Under the pieces are notes generated by a model. That model was not told the origin of the DNA. It made no database searches and worked only from the letters and a program-made list of their open reading frames with translations. A program made the translations under genes and the position numbers. A stretch of DNA of 64,000 bases from an uncultured bacterium (GTDB lineage Bacteria; Verrucomicrobiota; Verrucomicrobiia; Verrucomicrobiales; DEV007): assembly GCA_963977015.1 (NCBI GenBank), contig CAXBMO010000031.1:1-64000 (forward strand), written 5' to 3'. This document shows, in pieces, positions 9,352-18,776 of the stretch (its first letter is position 1; every line of letters starts with the position of its first letter).

Positions 9352-10164
9352 TCAAACTTCGGCGCCCAGATTCTGGTAGTACTTGGCGATCCGGCGACCA
9401 TGCTCATCATACGCGGCCTCAAAGATTTCAGCCGCCTTCTCCGCTCCAACCACCGCCCCCGCCGTCAAGACCTTGGGCGGCTGCCCCGCATCCACCAGGC
9501 GTTGCGCGACCTCGGCTTTAATCGCATTCACCAGCATCGCCCCTCCAATCGTCGATCCGGGAGAAATCGGCGTCTCCAGATTTTCCAGCTTCACCATCGC
9601 ATCGCCAACCGGCGCTCCCGTATCGAGCACCAAGTCCGCAAAATCGCTCAGCTTCTTCCCACTCACATGCTTCGACGTGCTGGCGTCGGAATGGGCGCGA
9701 CTGATCAGCGCGACTACGCGAACACCGCGCTTTTGGAACTCCTCCGCCATCTCGACCGGCACGACGTTGCAACCGCTCGACGAGATCACCAACGCCGAAT
9801 CGCCCTCCTGAAGATCGAAATTCCGCAAGATCCGATTCGCCAATCCTGACACGTTCTCCAGAAACATCGCCTGGCGCTGCCCGTTCGCCCCAACCACCAG
9901 GTTGTGAAACGTCAGCGACAGTTCAACAATCGGGTTAAACCCGGGAAACGATCCATAACGCGGCCACATTTCCTCGACCATGATCCGCGAATGACCGGAA
10001 CCAAAAACGTGAACCATTTGACCGGCGAGGATTGTTTCCGAGAACCAATCGGCAGCGGTGTTGATCGACGATTCCTGGGCTTTGACGGTTTCCAGAATCT
10101 GTCCGCACTTATCGAGATAGTCGGCGGAAGGGCGGAAGGATGAAGGCTGGGGGACGGAAGACAC
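9352..10164 (-). CDS. SIS-domain sugar isomerase-like protein
   Basis: FGSGHS, ISSSGCN and DLVLDTGAPVGDA; in an operon with a ROK kinase. Confidence 0.85.
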   Translation of the reverse strand: MSSVPQPSSFRPSADYLDKCGQILETVKAQESSINTAADWFSETILAGQMVHVFGSGHSRIMVEEMWPRYGSFPGFNPIVELSLTFHNLVVGANGQRQAMFLENVSGLANRILRNFDLQEGDSALVISSSGCNVVPVEMAEEFQKRGVRVVALISRAHSDASTSKHVSGKKLSDFADLVLDTGAPVGDAMVKLENLETPISPGSTIGGAMLVNAIKAEVAQRLVDAGQPPKVLTAGAVVGAEKAAEIFEAAYDEHGRRIAKYYQNLGAEV

Positions 10165-10201
10165 GGTAGTAAGAATGAGAGCGGAAGGATGAAGGATGAA
10201 T
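10124..10201. repeat. GAAGGAT heptamer tract (downstream arm around the four-helix-bundle gene)
   Basis: GAAGGATGAAGGATGAAT at 10184-10201; degenerate copies at 10124-10147. Confidence 0.85.
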
Positions 10202-10579
10202 TTACTGATGGCCAGTCTTTCGGTCTTTGGTTTTCCGAACCATACTCACAAAAATCGCGATGAGTTGATTGGTTTCATCGCGAAGATGTTCGAGTTCATC
10301 AGGCGGAGCAAGCTTCGTCTCACCCAGCAAATCCAGCCAGTAGTCCGATTCATCGAGTTCCTGCAAGGCACCTTCCATCTTGCTGATGAAATCCGCATCT
10401 GACTTCGCCCGACAAGCCTCTCGATATTGGGCACCGGGCGAAGTTCCCGACCGTAACAACTGGCGCCCCAAGACCTGAGCCTCCGTCGACTTCGGTAGAT
10501 TCGAGTAAAGCCGAATCACCTTCAACGCATACCGCTTTGTTCGCCCCCGAAGATCCTGAACTGGTTGCTTGTCATTCAT
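10202..10579 (-). CDS. Four helix bundle protein (23S rRNA IVP / bAvd-like family)
   Basis: DLRGRTKRYAL..I, QLLRSGTSPGAQYREA, DFISKM..ALQELDESDYWL, ETNQLIAIF. Confidence 0.9.
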   Translation of the reverse strand: MNDKQPVQDLRGRTKRYALKVIRLYSNLPKSTEAQVLGRQLLRSGTSPGAQYREACRAKSDADFISKMEGALQELDESDYWLDLLGETKLAPPDELEHLRDETNQLIAIFVSMVRKTKDRKTGHQ

Positions 10580-10606
10580 CCTTCATCCTTCAAATTTCAT
10601 CCTTCC
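10574..10606. repeat. ATCCTTC heptamer tract (upstream arm around the four-helix-bundle gene)
   Basis: ATTCATCCTTCATCCTTC (10574-10591) is the exact reverse complement of 10184-10201; it continues AAATTTC ATCCTTC. Confidence 0.85.
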
Positions 10607-11506
10607 AAAGTGCACCGCGCCATAACACCCGGCCCATTCGCCGAGTTCTGCGGGCTTGATCTTCACTTTGTGATGATTCGGGCGCCACTCGATCTTCGCG
10701 AGTTTGTCCTCGAGCGGCGCGAAGAGTGCGTCACCCGCTTTCGTAATGCCGCCACCGAGAATGATCACTTCGGGATCGAGAACGTTGATCAACCCGGCAA
10801 TGCCAACCGCCAGATGCTTCATCGTTTCGTCCCAATATCCCTGCGCCTCCGCATCACCCGCCAGCATCGCCTCCACCAACGCGCGCGTCGAATCAAAGCG
10901 TCCATTGGTGCGCTTCTCCACCGTGCAATCGCCTACCAAAACTTCCAAACCGCCCGGCGTTCCGCAAATCGTCGGCTCACCATCCGCATCCAGGCTGATG
11001 TGACCGAGGTGTCCGGCGCGACCAATCTGCCCCGTCAGGAGTCGTCCGCCGGAAACAATCGCCCCGCCCACTCCCGTGCCCAGCGTCAGCAGAAAGACCT
11101 CGTCGACACCTCGCGCCGCTCCTTGCCAGACTTCGCCCATCAACGCTGAATGCGCATCATTCAGGACGGCAACGCGCGGCAGCCCCAGAAACGCCGCCCA
11201 ATCCAGATTCTCCAGTCCCTCAAGCCGGTTCGGCAAAAACCGAATGCAAGTGTGTGCCTTGTCCGAAAGCCCGGGCGCGGAAAGCCCGACGACACTCGCC
11301 GTCTCACCCACTTCTTCGTGCAACTCGCGGAGCACCTGACGAACACCAACGGCAAACGCGGGCTCGCCATCGATCGACTCACCATCGCGCGTTGGCCCAG
11401 TCGTTCGCGCCATTTCGGTCCCCAGTTCGAGATCAAACGCCATCGCCTTGATGTTCGTCCCGCCAAGATCAATTCCGATTCCGAGCTTCATTCCCGGAAC
11501 AGACAC
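10583..11506 (-). CDS. ROK-family sugar kinase (glucokinase-like)
   Basis: GIDLGGTNIK, NDAH, LTLGTGVGG, AGHLGH and CGTPGGLE. Confidence 0.9.
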   Translation of the reverse strand: MSVPGMKLGIGIDLGGTNIKAMAFDLELGTEMARTTGPTRDGESIDGEPAFAVGVRQVLRELHEEVGETASVVGLSAPGLSDKAHTCIRFLPNRLEGLENLDWAAFLGLPRVAVLNDAHSALMGEVWQGAARGVDEVFLLTLGTGVGGAIVSGGRLLTGQIGRAGHLGHISLDADGEPTICGTPGGLEVLVGDCTVEKRTNGRFDSTRALVEAMLAGDAEAQGYWDETMKHLAVGIAGLINVLDPEVIILGGGITKAGDALFAPLEDKLAKIEWRPNHHKVKIKPAELGEWAGCYGAVHFGRMKFEG

Positions 11507-11532
11507 CCGCTTGGTTACTCCGCAAGGCGCGG

Positions 11533-11566
11533 TTGACGAAAGGCATCGAAATTCTAGGGTAGCAAC
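11533..11566 (+). promoter_or_regulatory. Sigma70-type promoter, probably giving a leaderless mRNA
   Basis: TTGACG-16 nt-TAGGGT-6 nt-ATG; no Shine-Dalgarno. Confidence 0.6.
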
Positions 11567-12640
11567 ATGCCCCTACCTCACCTTTCACGCCGAGCCTTTG
11601 TCGCCGCCTCGGCCGCAGCCACTCTTCCCGTGGTCCTTCCTGCAGCGGATGCGCCCAAAATCCGCATCGGCCAGATCGGCACCAAACACGCGCACGCCGC
11701 CGGCAAAATGGACTCCATCCGCAAACTCAGCGACCTCTTTGAAGTGGTCGGCATCGTCGAGCCGGATGAAGCGCGCCGCAACGCCGTCGCCAATCACAAA
11801 TCCTACCAAGGCTTGAACTGGATGACCGAGGAAGAGCTTCTTGGAGCGGACGGAGTTGCCGCCATCGCCGTCGAAACCGAAGTCGACGAACTCGTCCCGA
11901 CCGCCCTGCGCTGCATTCGCGTCGGCAAACACATCCACCTCGACAAACCCGCCGGCACCACCCTCGCCGACTGTCGCCAGCTTCACGCCGAAGCCGACCA
12001 ACTCGGACTAACCATTCAAATGGGCTACATGCTCCGCTACAACCCCGCCTTCCAACTCCTCTTCCAAATGGTCCGCGACGGCTGGCTCGGCCGCATCACC
12101 GAGATCACCGCCGCCATGGGCAAAAAGGCCAGCGACAGCCTGCGCAATGAGCTCGCCGCCTACCCCGGTGGCGGCATGTTCGAGCTCGCCTGCCATATTC
12201 TTGACGCTGCGGTCTACGTTCTCGGCAAACCGGAATCCGTCACCCCCTTCCACCTTCGCAGCTATCCCGACAAAGACACGTTTGCCGACAATCAGATGGC
12301 GGTTCTCCAATACCCCGGCGCAATCGCCACGATTCGCTGCAACCACCTCGACCCGTTCGGCTTCCCTCGTCGCCACTTCGAAGTCGTCGGCGAATCCGGT
12401 TTCTTCCGCATCAATCCGCTCGAACCACCAAAAATCCAGCTCGCCCTCGACCAACCGCGCGGCGACTTCAAGAAAGGCATCCAAACCGTCGAAGTCCCCC
12501 GCGCCACCGGTCGCTACGACGAAGAATTCCGCGACCTCGCCAAAATCATTCGCGGCGAGAAGAAGCTGGCGTGGAACTCCACTCACGACATCGCGGTCCA
12601 GGAAACGCTCCTTCGCGCCAGCGGGATGCCGTTGGATTGA
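11567..12640 (+). CDS. Gfo/Idh/MocA oxidoreductase with Tat signal
   Basis: SRRAFV Tat motif; KHIHLDKP, GYMLRYNP, GGMFELACH. Confidence 0.88.
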   Translation: MPLPHLSRRAFVAASAAATLPVVLPAADAPKIRIGQIGTKHAHAAGKMDSIRKLSDLFEVVGIVEPDEARRNAVANHKSYQGLNWMTEEELLGADGVAAIAVETEVDELVPTALRCIRVGKHIHLDKPAGTTLADCRQLHAEADQLGLTIQMGYMLRYNPAFQLLFQMVRDGWLGRITEITAAMGKKASDSLRNELAAYPGGGMFELACHILDAAVYVLGKPESVTPFHLRSYPDKDTFADNQMAVLQYPGAIATIRCNHLDPFGFPRRHFEVVGESGFFRINPLEPPKIQLALDQPRGDFKKGIQTVEVPRATGRYDEEFRDLAKIIRGEKKLAWNSTHDIAVQETLLRASGMPLD

Positions 12641-12646
12641 ACCTTC

Positions 12647-12680
12647 TAGTGTGGTGATAGATTTATCTTTCACCACACTA
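12647..12680. terminator. Hairpin between convergent genes (probable bidirectional terminator)
   Basis: TAGTGTGGTGA ... TCACCACACTA, 11-bp perfect arms plus inner pairing. Confidence 0.65.
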
Positions 12681-12983
12681 AGTGTATTTGCGGTAAAGAC
12701 CGTGGGAAGGGTGCCTACGGTCGTGCCTCAGAATCAGAAACCGTAGGCGCAATTCACTCTCCTCATAAATGATGTGATAAGGAAACGTCCGTAGCGGCGC
12801 TCTTCTCAAATCCTTCCGTCCCTTCACAAAGTGCGTTCCCTTTGGATTCTTCGTGATTCGTTCAACGGCCTGTTCCACGTCAGCGAAAAAACGGTCGCCA
12901 AGATCCTCGCCGCCTTCTTCATCATAGAAGCGAATAGCGGTTTTGATGTCCCTTTGGAAGAGCCGATGAAATACCGTTTTCAC
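12678..12983 (-). CDS. Type II toxin, RelE/ParE family
   Basis: LGDRFFADV, RRAPLRTFPYHIIY, HDRRHP; the GTG start overlaps the antitoxin stop (GTGA). Confidence 0.85.
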   Translation of the reverse strand: MKTVFHRLFQRDIKTAIRFYDEEGGEDLGDRFFADVEQAVERITKNPKGTHFVKGRKDLRRAPLRTFPYHIIYEESELRLRFLILRHDRRHPSHGLYRKYT

Positions 12984-13195
12984 TCGCCACGGCGAATTCC
13001 TGCTTTCACCTCGTCCCAAGAGAGTTCAACACTGGGATCGACATCCATTTCATTTGATCGTCGCACCGCCTCGGTGATTCCCTCGTCCTCCTCATCCAAC
13101 ACCGCAGGAAGAGATCCAAGAAGACTGGCTGCCAGCCGGGCTCGTTCTTCCGGTGGCAACTCCAATGCGCTGGCTTCGATTTCATCGGCCGTCAT
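12980..13195 (-). CDS. Addiction-module antitoxin component
   Basis: ALELPPEERARLA..LL.SL, EAVRR, SWDEVK; directly upstream of the ParE-like toxin. Confidence 0.85.
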   Translation of the reverse strand: MTADEIEASALELPPEERARLAASLLGSLPAVLDEEDEGITEAVRRSNEMDVDPSVELSWDEVKAGIRRGE

Positions 13196-13257
13196 CTTGA
13201 GAGTCTACGGGAATTCATCAGATTCGCACGCTCGAATATTGCGCCCATCCTCCCCAC

Positions 13258-13647
13258 TTACCTTCCGTAAACCTCCTTGGGCTTCTTGAACTGAATCCGC
13301 TTCATCTCCAGGCTGATCCCGGACGGAAGCGTGTGAAGCACCACCGTATCCTTGTCGATCACCTCCAGCCGGTTTCGATCCACCAACGGCACCTTCATGA
13401 TCGGCTCGCTCGACTCCAGAAACTCAATCGTCAAGGCCTCCTTCTCCAGCGTCCACTTGCCGGAGAAGGTCGTCCTCACATCAAACTTCGGCGTAAAATA
13501 CGTTCCCGACATCGTCCCATCCTTCCGAAACGCATACACGGTTACGGTCTGGTGACTGATCGCGAGCCAGTTCCCGGGCAGACTTTCGAACGCACTCGCC
13601 AAGGTTGCCGAAAGGCCAAGGAAGAGGGTGAGGAGCAGGGTTTTCAT
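13258..13647 (-). CDS. Secreted hypothetical protein (lipocalin-like beta fold possible)
   Basis: Signal peptide MKTLLLTLFLG; GNW, FRKDGT and SGKW pattern. Confidence 0.6.
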   Translation of the reverse strand: MKTLLLTLFLGLSATLASAFESLPGNWLAISHQTVTVYAFRKDGTMSGTYFTPKFDVRTTFSGKWTLEKEALTIEFLESSEPIMKVPLVDRNRLEVIDKDTVVLHTLPSGISLEMKRIQFKKPKEVYGR

Positions 13648-13807
13648 GGAAGCTGATCGATGAATGTTCAACCTGAGTGCAATCCGGTGAAGGCACTCCC
13701 GTCAAGGTGAAAACGGTGCGGATGGCATGATCTGGGAGTGCGCTGGCTTCGTCCTTCTCGCATCGTTGCGTCGTCGCGCCGTTGCGTGAATCATTGCCGG
13801 GCTCCCA

Positions 13808-16375
13808 CTACTTCTCGCCCCGCAACACGGCGAGCGGCGGATGATGAGTCACGCCGCGGCTGAGAAGCATGCCGAAGCTGGAACTCAGCAAAGCGGTGGC
13901 GGCAATGGCGAGGAACAGCGGCCAGAGATGCGTGAAGAAGTCGACCTCGAAAACGAAGATGGCGAGCGCCCAGGTGGCGACGAGGGCGAGGATGCCGCCG
14001 GTCAACGCGGCGAAAAGGCCGAGAGTGAAGTATTCGGTGAGGAGAATGGTGCGGATCTGCGCTTTGGAGGCGCCTAACGTGCGCAGCAGAACGCTCTCTT
14101 CGATGCGGTCGCGTTTGCCACTGAGGATCGTTCCCACGAGAATGACGACCCCGGCGCCAACCGTGAAGAGCGACATGAAGCGGATGACGTAACCGATGCG
14201 ATCGACGATCGATTCGACGGTTTGGAGGATGAGGGTCATGTCGAAAACGGTGATATTGGGATACTGGATCGCCATTTCGCGTTGGAGATCGCCGGAGAGC
14301 TGCGAAGTCTCGGCGCGGCTCGTGAGGATGTGAAAGCCGGGAGCGTCGTCGAGCACGCCCATGGGGAAAACGATGAAGAAGTTGAGCCCCATGCGTTCCC
14401 AATCGACTTTGCGCAGGTTCGCGACTTTGAGCTTGAGAGGCAGACCCTGCACGTCCATCTCCAGCTCGTCGCCAATGCCGACCTTGAGGTCTTTGGCCAT
14501 GCCTTCGTCGAGGGAGATCGGCGCGGCGGAATCGAAATCAAAGTCGTCCACGCGGGCAACCCAATCCCCTTCGATCATCGTTTCCGATTCGGCGATCTCA
14601 GGACGGAACGTCGAGCGAAAGTCGCGTCGCACGATCCACCCCGGCACCATGGTGTCCTCGTCTTTCTGGATCTCGGAGATGGACTTGCCTTTGATATGGG
14701 TGAGCCGCATCGGGATCATCGGCGCGGTTTCCACGACCTTCATGTCCAGCGATTTCAGGATGCCTTCCACCCCGGCACGTTGATCGGGCTGAACGTCGAT
14801 GAGGAAGAGGTTGGACTCGTCTTCGGCGCCATTCGTCTCGAACTGGGAGGAGAGCATCTGCTCCGTCGAGATCATCGTCACAATGAGGAAGACGCCCAGA
14901 CCAATCGAGATCAGAAACGGCAGGGTTTGGTTGCGCGGGCGATGGAGGTTGGCGATGCCCTGCCGCAAAGTGTAGCGCAACCGGCCGCGCAGGCGATGCG
15001 CCGCCCGGCTGATCCCTTTGGCGATGAGAGCGAGGATGCCGAGCACCAAGCAGAGGCCGACGACGAAGGCGGCGCCAAGCCAGGGGCGCTCCTGTGGGCT
15101 GAGCGACCAACCGGCGAGCAGGAGCGCGGCGAGGAGGATTCCAAACACGCCCCAGAAGAGAGGATCGCGAAACGTCGGTGAGCTGGTTTGGACACCGGCT
15201 CGCAAGGCAGCGAGGGGCGAAACCCGACGAACCCGAATGAGGGGAAGCAGGGCAAAACTGACGCAGAGAAGTAAGCCAATCGAGACACTCATGAGGATGG
15301 CGCGCCCGGAGGTCGGCGTGTCGAACTCGAAGGGCAACATGCCGGAGAGGAGATTGGGAATAAGCTGCTGAACGGCGACACCAAGACCGGTCCCCACGAG
15401 GCTGCCAAAGATTCCCAGGAGGATTCCCTGGATGAGAAAGATCGCGAAGGCCTGATCCGTGGTGCAGCCGATGCAGCGGAGCGTGGCAACCGTGGCGACA
15501 CGACCCTGCACGTGAACGTGGATCGCGCTGGCGACGCCGATGCCGCCGAGCATGAGCGCCATGAACCCAATCAAGCTGAGAAAGCTGTAAAGATTGTCGA
15601 GCGCCCGGCCGAGGTTCTTCTTCCGCTTTGCGACCGATTCGTACTGCATCCCGGCTTCGGCGAAAAACTCCTTCCGCTCCTTGGTGAGGATCTCCTCGTC
15701 GACATCCACATCCGCATCCATTTGAAAGTAGGTGCGGTAACGCGCCATGCTGCGACTCCCGAGCAATTGGGTCGCAGCAAGCTGGGAAGGCGCGAGATAG
15801 ACCTGGGGCGCGAAGGCGGAAAACGCACTGGGACGTGGCGGCGACTTGACGAGGTATCCGAGGATCGTGGTTTCCAGATCGCCAATCGCGACGGCGTCGC
15901 CGACCTTCGCGCCAAACTGGTCCATCAGGCTTTGCTCGAGAACGACGCCTTCGCCATCGATGGATCCCTGCCAGGCGGAGGCGGGCTCGGTGATGACCCT
16001 GCCGTAAAACGGGAACCCTTCGTCGATCGAACGGATCTGAACGAGACGAACTCCGTCGTTGGCATCGACAAAACGCAGCATCGTCATGAAACTGGTTTCG
16101 TCGATGCGTTGACCCGGGATCTGGTCGAGATGGGCGATGACTTCCTCCGAATAGACGCGCCGCGAGGAGAGCATCAAATCCGCGCCGAGGAGTTCCTTGG
16201 CCTGGACATCGATCGCAGCTTGCAGGTTGTCGCGCAGGGAACCGATCGAAACGAGCGCGGCGATGCCGAAGACGATCGAGAGCGAAAAGAGGAAGAGACG
16301 TTTGCGGTCGCGGCGACTATCGCGCCACGCCATTTTCCACGTCCAACCGGAGATGAGTTCGCGAAGCAGCTTCAT
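13808..16375 (-). CDS. ABC transporter permease, FtsX-like (YbbP-type)
   Basis: AWRDSR, LLGADL, FPFYG, LFLIDVQPDQ; two FtsX-type transmembrane blocks. Confidence 0.9.
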   Translation of the reverse strand: MKLLRELISGWTWKMAWRDSRRDRKRLFLFSLSIVFGIAALVSIGSLRDNLQAAIDVQAKELLGADLMLSSRRVYSEEVIAHLDQIPGQRIDETSFMTMLRFVDANDGVRLVQIRSIDEGFPFYGRVITEPASAWQGSIDGEGVVLEQSLMDQFGAKVGDAVAIGDLETTILGYLVKSPPRPSAFSAFAPQVYLAPSQLAATQLLGSRSMARYRTYFQMDADVDVDEEILTKERKEFFAEAGMQYESVAKRKKNLGRALDNLYSFLSLIGFMALMLGGIGVASAIHVHVQGRVATVATLRCIGCTTDQAFAIFLIQGILLGIFGSLVGTGLGVAVQQLIPNLLSGMLPFEFDTPTSGRAILMSVSIGLLLCVSFALLPLIRVRRVSPLAALRAGVQTSSPTFRDPLFWGVFGILLAALLLAGWSLSPQERPWLGAAFVVGLCLVLGILALIAKGISRAAHRLRGRLRYTLRQGIANLHRPRNQTLPFLISIGLGVFLIVTMISTEQMLSSQFETNGAEDESNLFLIDVQPDQRAGVEGILKSLDMKVVETAPMIPMRLTHIKGKSISEIQKDEDTMVPGWIVRRDFRSTFRPEIAESETMIEGDWVARVDDFDFDSAAPISLDEGMAKDLKVGIGDELEMDVQGLPLKLKVANLRKVDWERMGLNFFIVFPMGVLDDAPGFHILTSRAETSQLSGDLQREMAIQYPNITVFDMTLILQTVESIVDRIGYVIRFMSLFTVGAGVVILVGTILSGKRDRIEESVLLRTLGASKAQIRTILLTEYFTLGLFAALTGGILALVATWALAIFVFEVDFFTHLWPLFLAIAATALLSSSFGMLLSRGVTHHPPLAVLRGEK

Positions 16376-17082
16376 GCGGATTTGGCCGCGTATTCCCGGC
16401 GTTCCGCGATTTTTCCACCGCGCATCCGAATGACCTGCTCGGCCTTCTCGGCAAGAACGGCGTCGTGGGTCACAATGACGAGCGCGGTGCCGGCTTCCTC
16501 ATTGAGTTGGAAGAGCATCTCGACGATGTGCTCGCTGGTTTCGTCATCGAGGTTTCCGGTCGGCTCGTCGGCGAAGAGAATGCGGGGGCGATTGACGAAG
16601 GCGCGGGCAAGGGCGACGCGCTGCTGTTCGCCGCCGGAGAGTTGAACGGGATAATGCGAGAGCCGCTCGCCAAGACCGACGCGTTCGAGAAGTTGGCGGG
16701 CCTGATCCTCATTCGCGCCCTGGCCCGTGAGTTCGAGAGGGACGAGAACGTTTTCGAGGGAGGTGAGGGTCGGGATGAGCTGAAAATTCTGGAAGACGAA
16801 GCCGACCTCCTCGTTTCGCAACGCCGCGCGCTGATCTTCGTTGAGCGTTGCGAGACTTTTCCCATCGAGGAGGACGTCGCCGGAGGTCGGTTCGTCCAAC
16901 CCGGCACAAAGGCCGAGCAACGTCGTTTTGCCGCTCCCCGAAGGACCGACGATGGCGCAGGTGGAGTTTTTCGGGACCGCAAAGTCGATTCCCTCGAGGA
17001 CGGTGAGGTCGAAGGAATCCGGCTTTTTGAAAGTCTTCGTCAGACCGTTCGTCTCAAGGATGTTGCCAAGTTCGGCGTTCAT
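16372..17082 (-). CDS. ABC transporter ATP-binding protein (YbbA-type)
   Basis: GPSGSGKT, LSGGEQQRV, ADEPTGNLD. Confidence 0.92.
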   Translation of the reverse strand: MNAELGNILETNGLTKTFKKPDSFDLTVLEGIDFAVPKNSTCAIVGPSGSGKTTLLGLCAGLDEPTSGDVLLDGKSLATLNEDQRAALRNEEVGFVFQNFQLIPTLTSLENVLVPLELTGQGANEDQARQLLERVGLGERLSHYPVQLSGGEQQRVALARAFVNRPRILFADEPTGNLDDETSEHIVEMLFQLNEEAGTALVIVTHDAVLAEKAEQVIRMRGGKIAERREYAAKSA

Positions 17083-17128
17083 GGTTGTTTTGATACGAAT
17101 CTGACCCCGATCTGCCTCATTTCGTTAC

Positions 17129-17767
17129 ATGAATTGCCGAAAAACCACGATTCTTCTCCTGCTTCTCAGTCTTTTGCCGCTCGCTGCCTCGGCGGAAGAG
17201 AAGCGAATGCTGATTTTGGGTGACAGTCTCACGAAAGGTTACGGCCTCGATCCCGGGGCGGCGTATCCCGCGTTGATTCAGGAGAAGCTGGACGCGGGCG
17301 GCCTCGAGAAATGGCGGGTCTTGAACGCGGGCGTGAGCGGCGACACCACGGCGGGCGGACTGCGGCGCGCCCCGTGGCTGCTGAAGAAACCGGTCGATCT
17401 GCTGATCATCGCGCTGGGCGGAAATGACGGTTTGCGAGGCATTGATCCCGCGGAATCGGAGAAAAACCTCCAGGCGATCATCGATGCGGCGAGGGCGGCA
17501 AATCCCGAAACGGAAATCGTGATTGCCGGGATGCAGATGCCCGACAATATGGGCAAGGACTACGTTTCGCGCTTCAAGACGGTGTTTCCGGCGATCGCGG
17601 AGAAAAACGAGCTTCCGCTGATCCCGTTTTTGCTCGAAGGCGTCGCCGGCGATCCAAATCTGAATCAACCCGACTACATTCATCCCAATGAGGCTGGGCA
17701 GAAAATCATCGCGGAAACGGTTTGGGAGGCGATTGAGCCGTTGATTGTGCGGAGTAATCGGACATAA
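17129..17767 (+). CDS. tesA: Arylesterase / acyl-CoA thioesterase I (SGNH hydrolase)
   Basis: GDSLT, NAGVSGDTT, LGGNDGLRG, DYIHPN; divergent from the ybbAP-like genes, the usual arrangement. Confidence 0.85.
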   Translation: MNCRKTTILLLLLSLLPLAASAEEKRMLILGDSLTKGYGLDPGAAYPALIQEKLDAGGLEKWRVLNAGVSGDTTAGGLRRAPWLLKKPVDLLIIALGGNDGLRGIDPAESEKNLQAIIDAARAANPETEIVIAGMQMPDNMGKDYVSRFKTVFPAIAEKNELPLIPFLLEGVAGDPNLNQPDYIHPNEAGQKIIAETVWEAIEPLIVRSNRT

Positions 17768-17993
17768 CGTTTACGTCCGCGTTGAATCGTGAAGGAATTG
17801 ATAAGGATTTCATTCGAGGGGAGTGGACGAGTACCGTGAGCCAACCTTGTTTTGTCAGGCAATCGGGTGCCTCTCCGATCTTCGGAGCGGACTTACCAAA
17901 ATTCCGATCGATCGATGCACGCACGGACTAACCGCCCGAAGATTTAGCATCTTCCGCGGCGCGGCACCTCAATACCCGTCGTAGAAACAGAAA

Positions 17994-18776
17994 CTACCCA
18001 TCAAATCCGCAATCCTCCAGGTGCCTCTCAGCCTGTGCTCCCAGACTCCAACGGGCGACGGTAAAAAATTTTGGCCAGAGCCCCGCTTCGCTCTTGGTCA
18101 AGAACCGTTTCGTCAGATACTGATAAGTTTGGGCTCGTATGTCACCAGAGTTTCTATGGGTCCGCGCCGTTTTTTTTACCTTGTCAATCGCGCGAATCAC
18201 TACAGCTCGAGCGTCCTTCAACCTGGCACAATTTAGCCCCAACAAGTCAATGGTTGCCTGAGCTCTGCACGAATCAATTTCAGCCGCCTCACAGGCATCT
18301 TTATCGACCTGCATCTCACCGTCGTTGATTCGGTATTTAAAAATTCGCGGAAACGCGGGAATTTCGCTGGGATTCAAGATGCGTTCGTCCAGGACCTCGC
18401 CTCCTTTCTCCGCGTCACAGCTGTAATTCTCAGTAAACGGTTCTCTGACACGGCCTTGGGCAATAGCTTGCGGGCTGGGATATGCCCTACCTCCGCGGCA
18501 ACAAAGCCAGAGGTTATCCCAATCCAAATGCCAGTTGGATACAGAGGAGGAATCCGCCTTGGGATGAAAATGCTCAACGCATTGGTCTCCTGGCTTTTTG
18601 ACGTTGATTTCGCAATAGGCGCAGAGTCCGCCTTGATCGACGTTTAAAATAGCAACAACTTCGTCATAGGCGGATTGGGCCTCGTCCTGAAACTGCTTCC
18701 ACGTCCCTTCGGGGTTGGCGGATCGAAAATCAGCCAGTCCTGACGGCTCTTCGGCGGACTTGGGAACGCGCTTCAT
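17994..18776 (-). CDS. HNH endonuclease (PtuB / retron-effector type)
   Basis: QGGLCAYCE, VEHFHPK, WDNLWLCC, SCDAEK; start overlaps the ATPase stop. Confidence 0.8.
   Translation of the reverse strand: MKRVPKSAEEPSGLADFRSANPEGTWKQFQDEAQSAYDEVVAILNVDQGGLCAYCEINVKKPGDQCVEHFHPKADSSSVSNWHLDWDNLWLCCRGGRAYPSPQAIAQGRVREPFTENYSCDAEKGGEVLDERILNPSEIPAFPRIFKYRINDGEMQVDKDACEAAEIDSCRAQATIDLLGLNCARLKDARAVVIRAIDKVKKTARTHRNSGDIRAQTYQYLTKRFLTKSEAGLWPKFFTVARWSLGAQAERHLEDCGFDG

Noticed and set aside
10202-10579. Diversity-generating retroelement (Avd-like gene)
   Set aside because: No RT and no TR/VR repeat pair differing at adenines was seen in the window.
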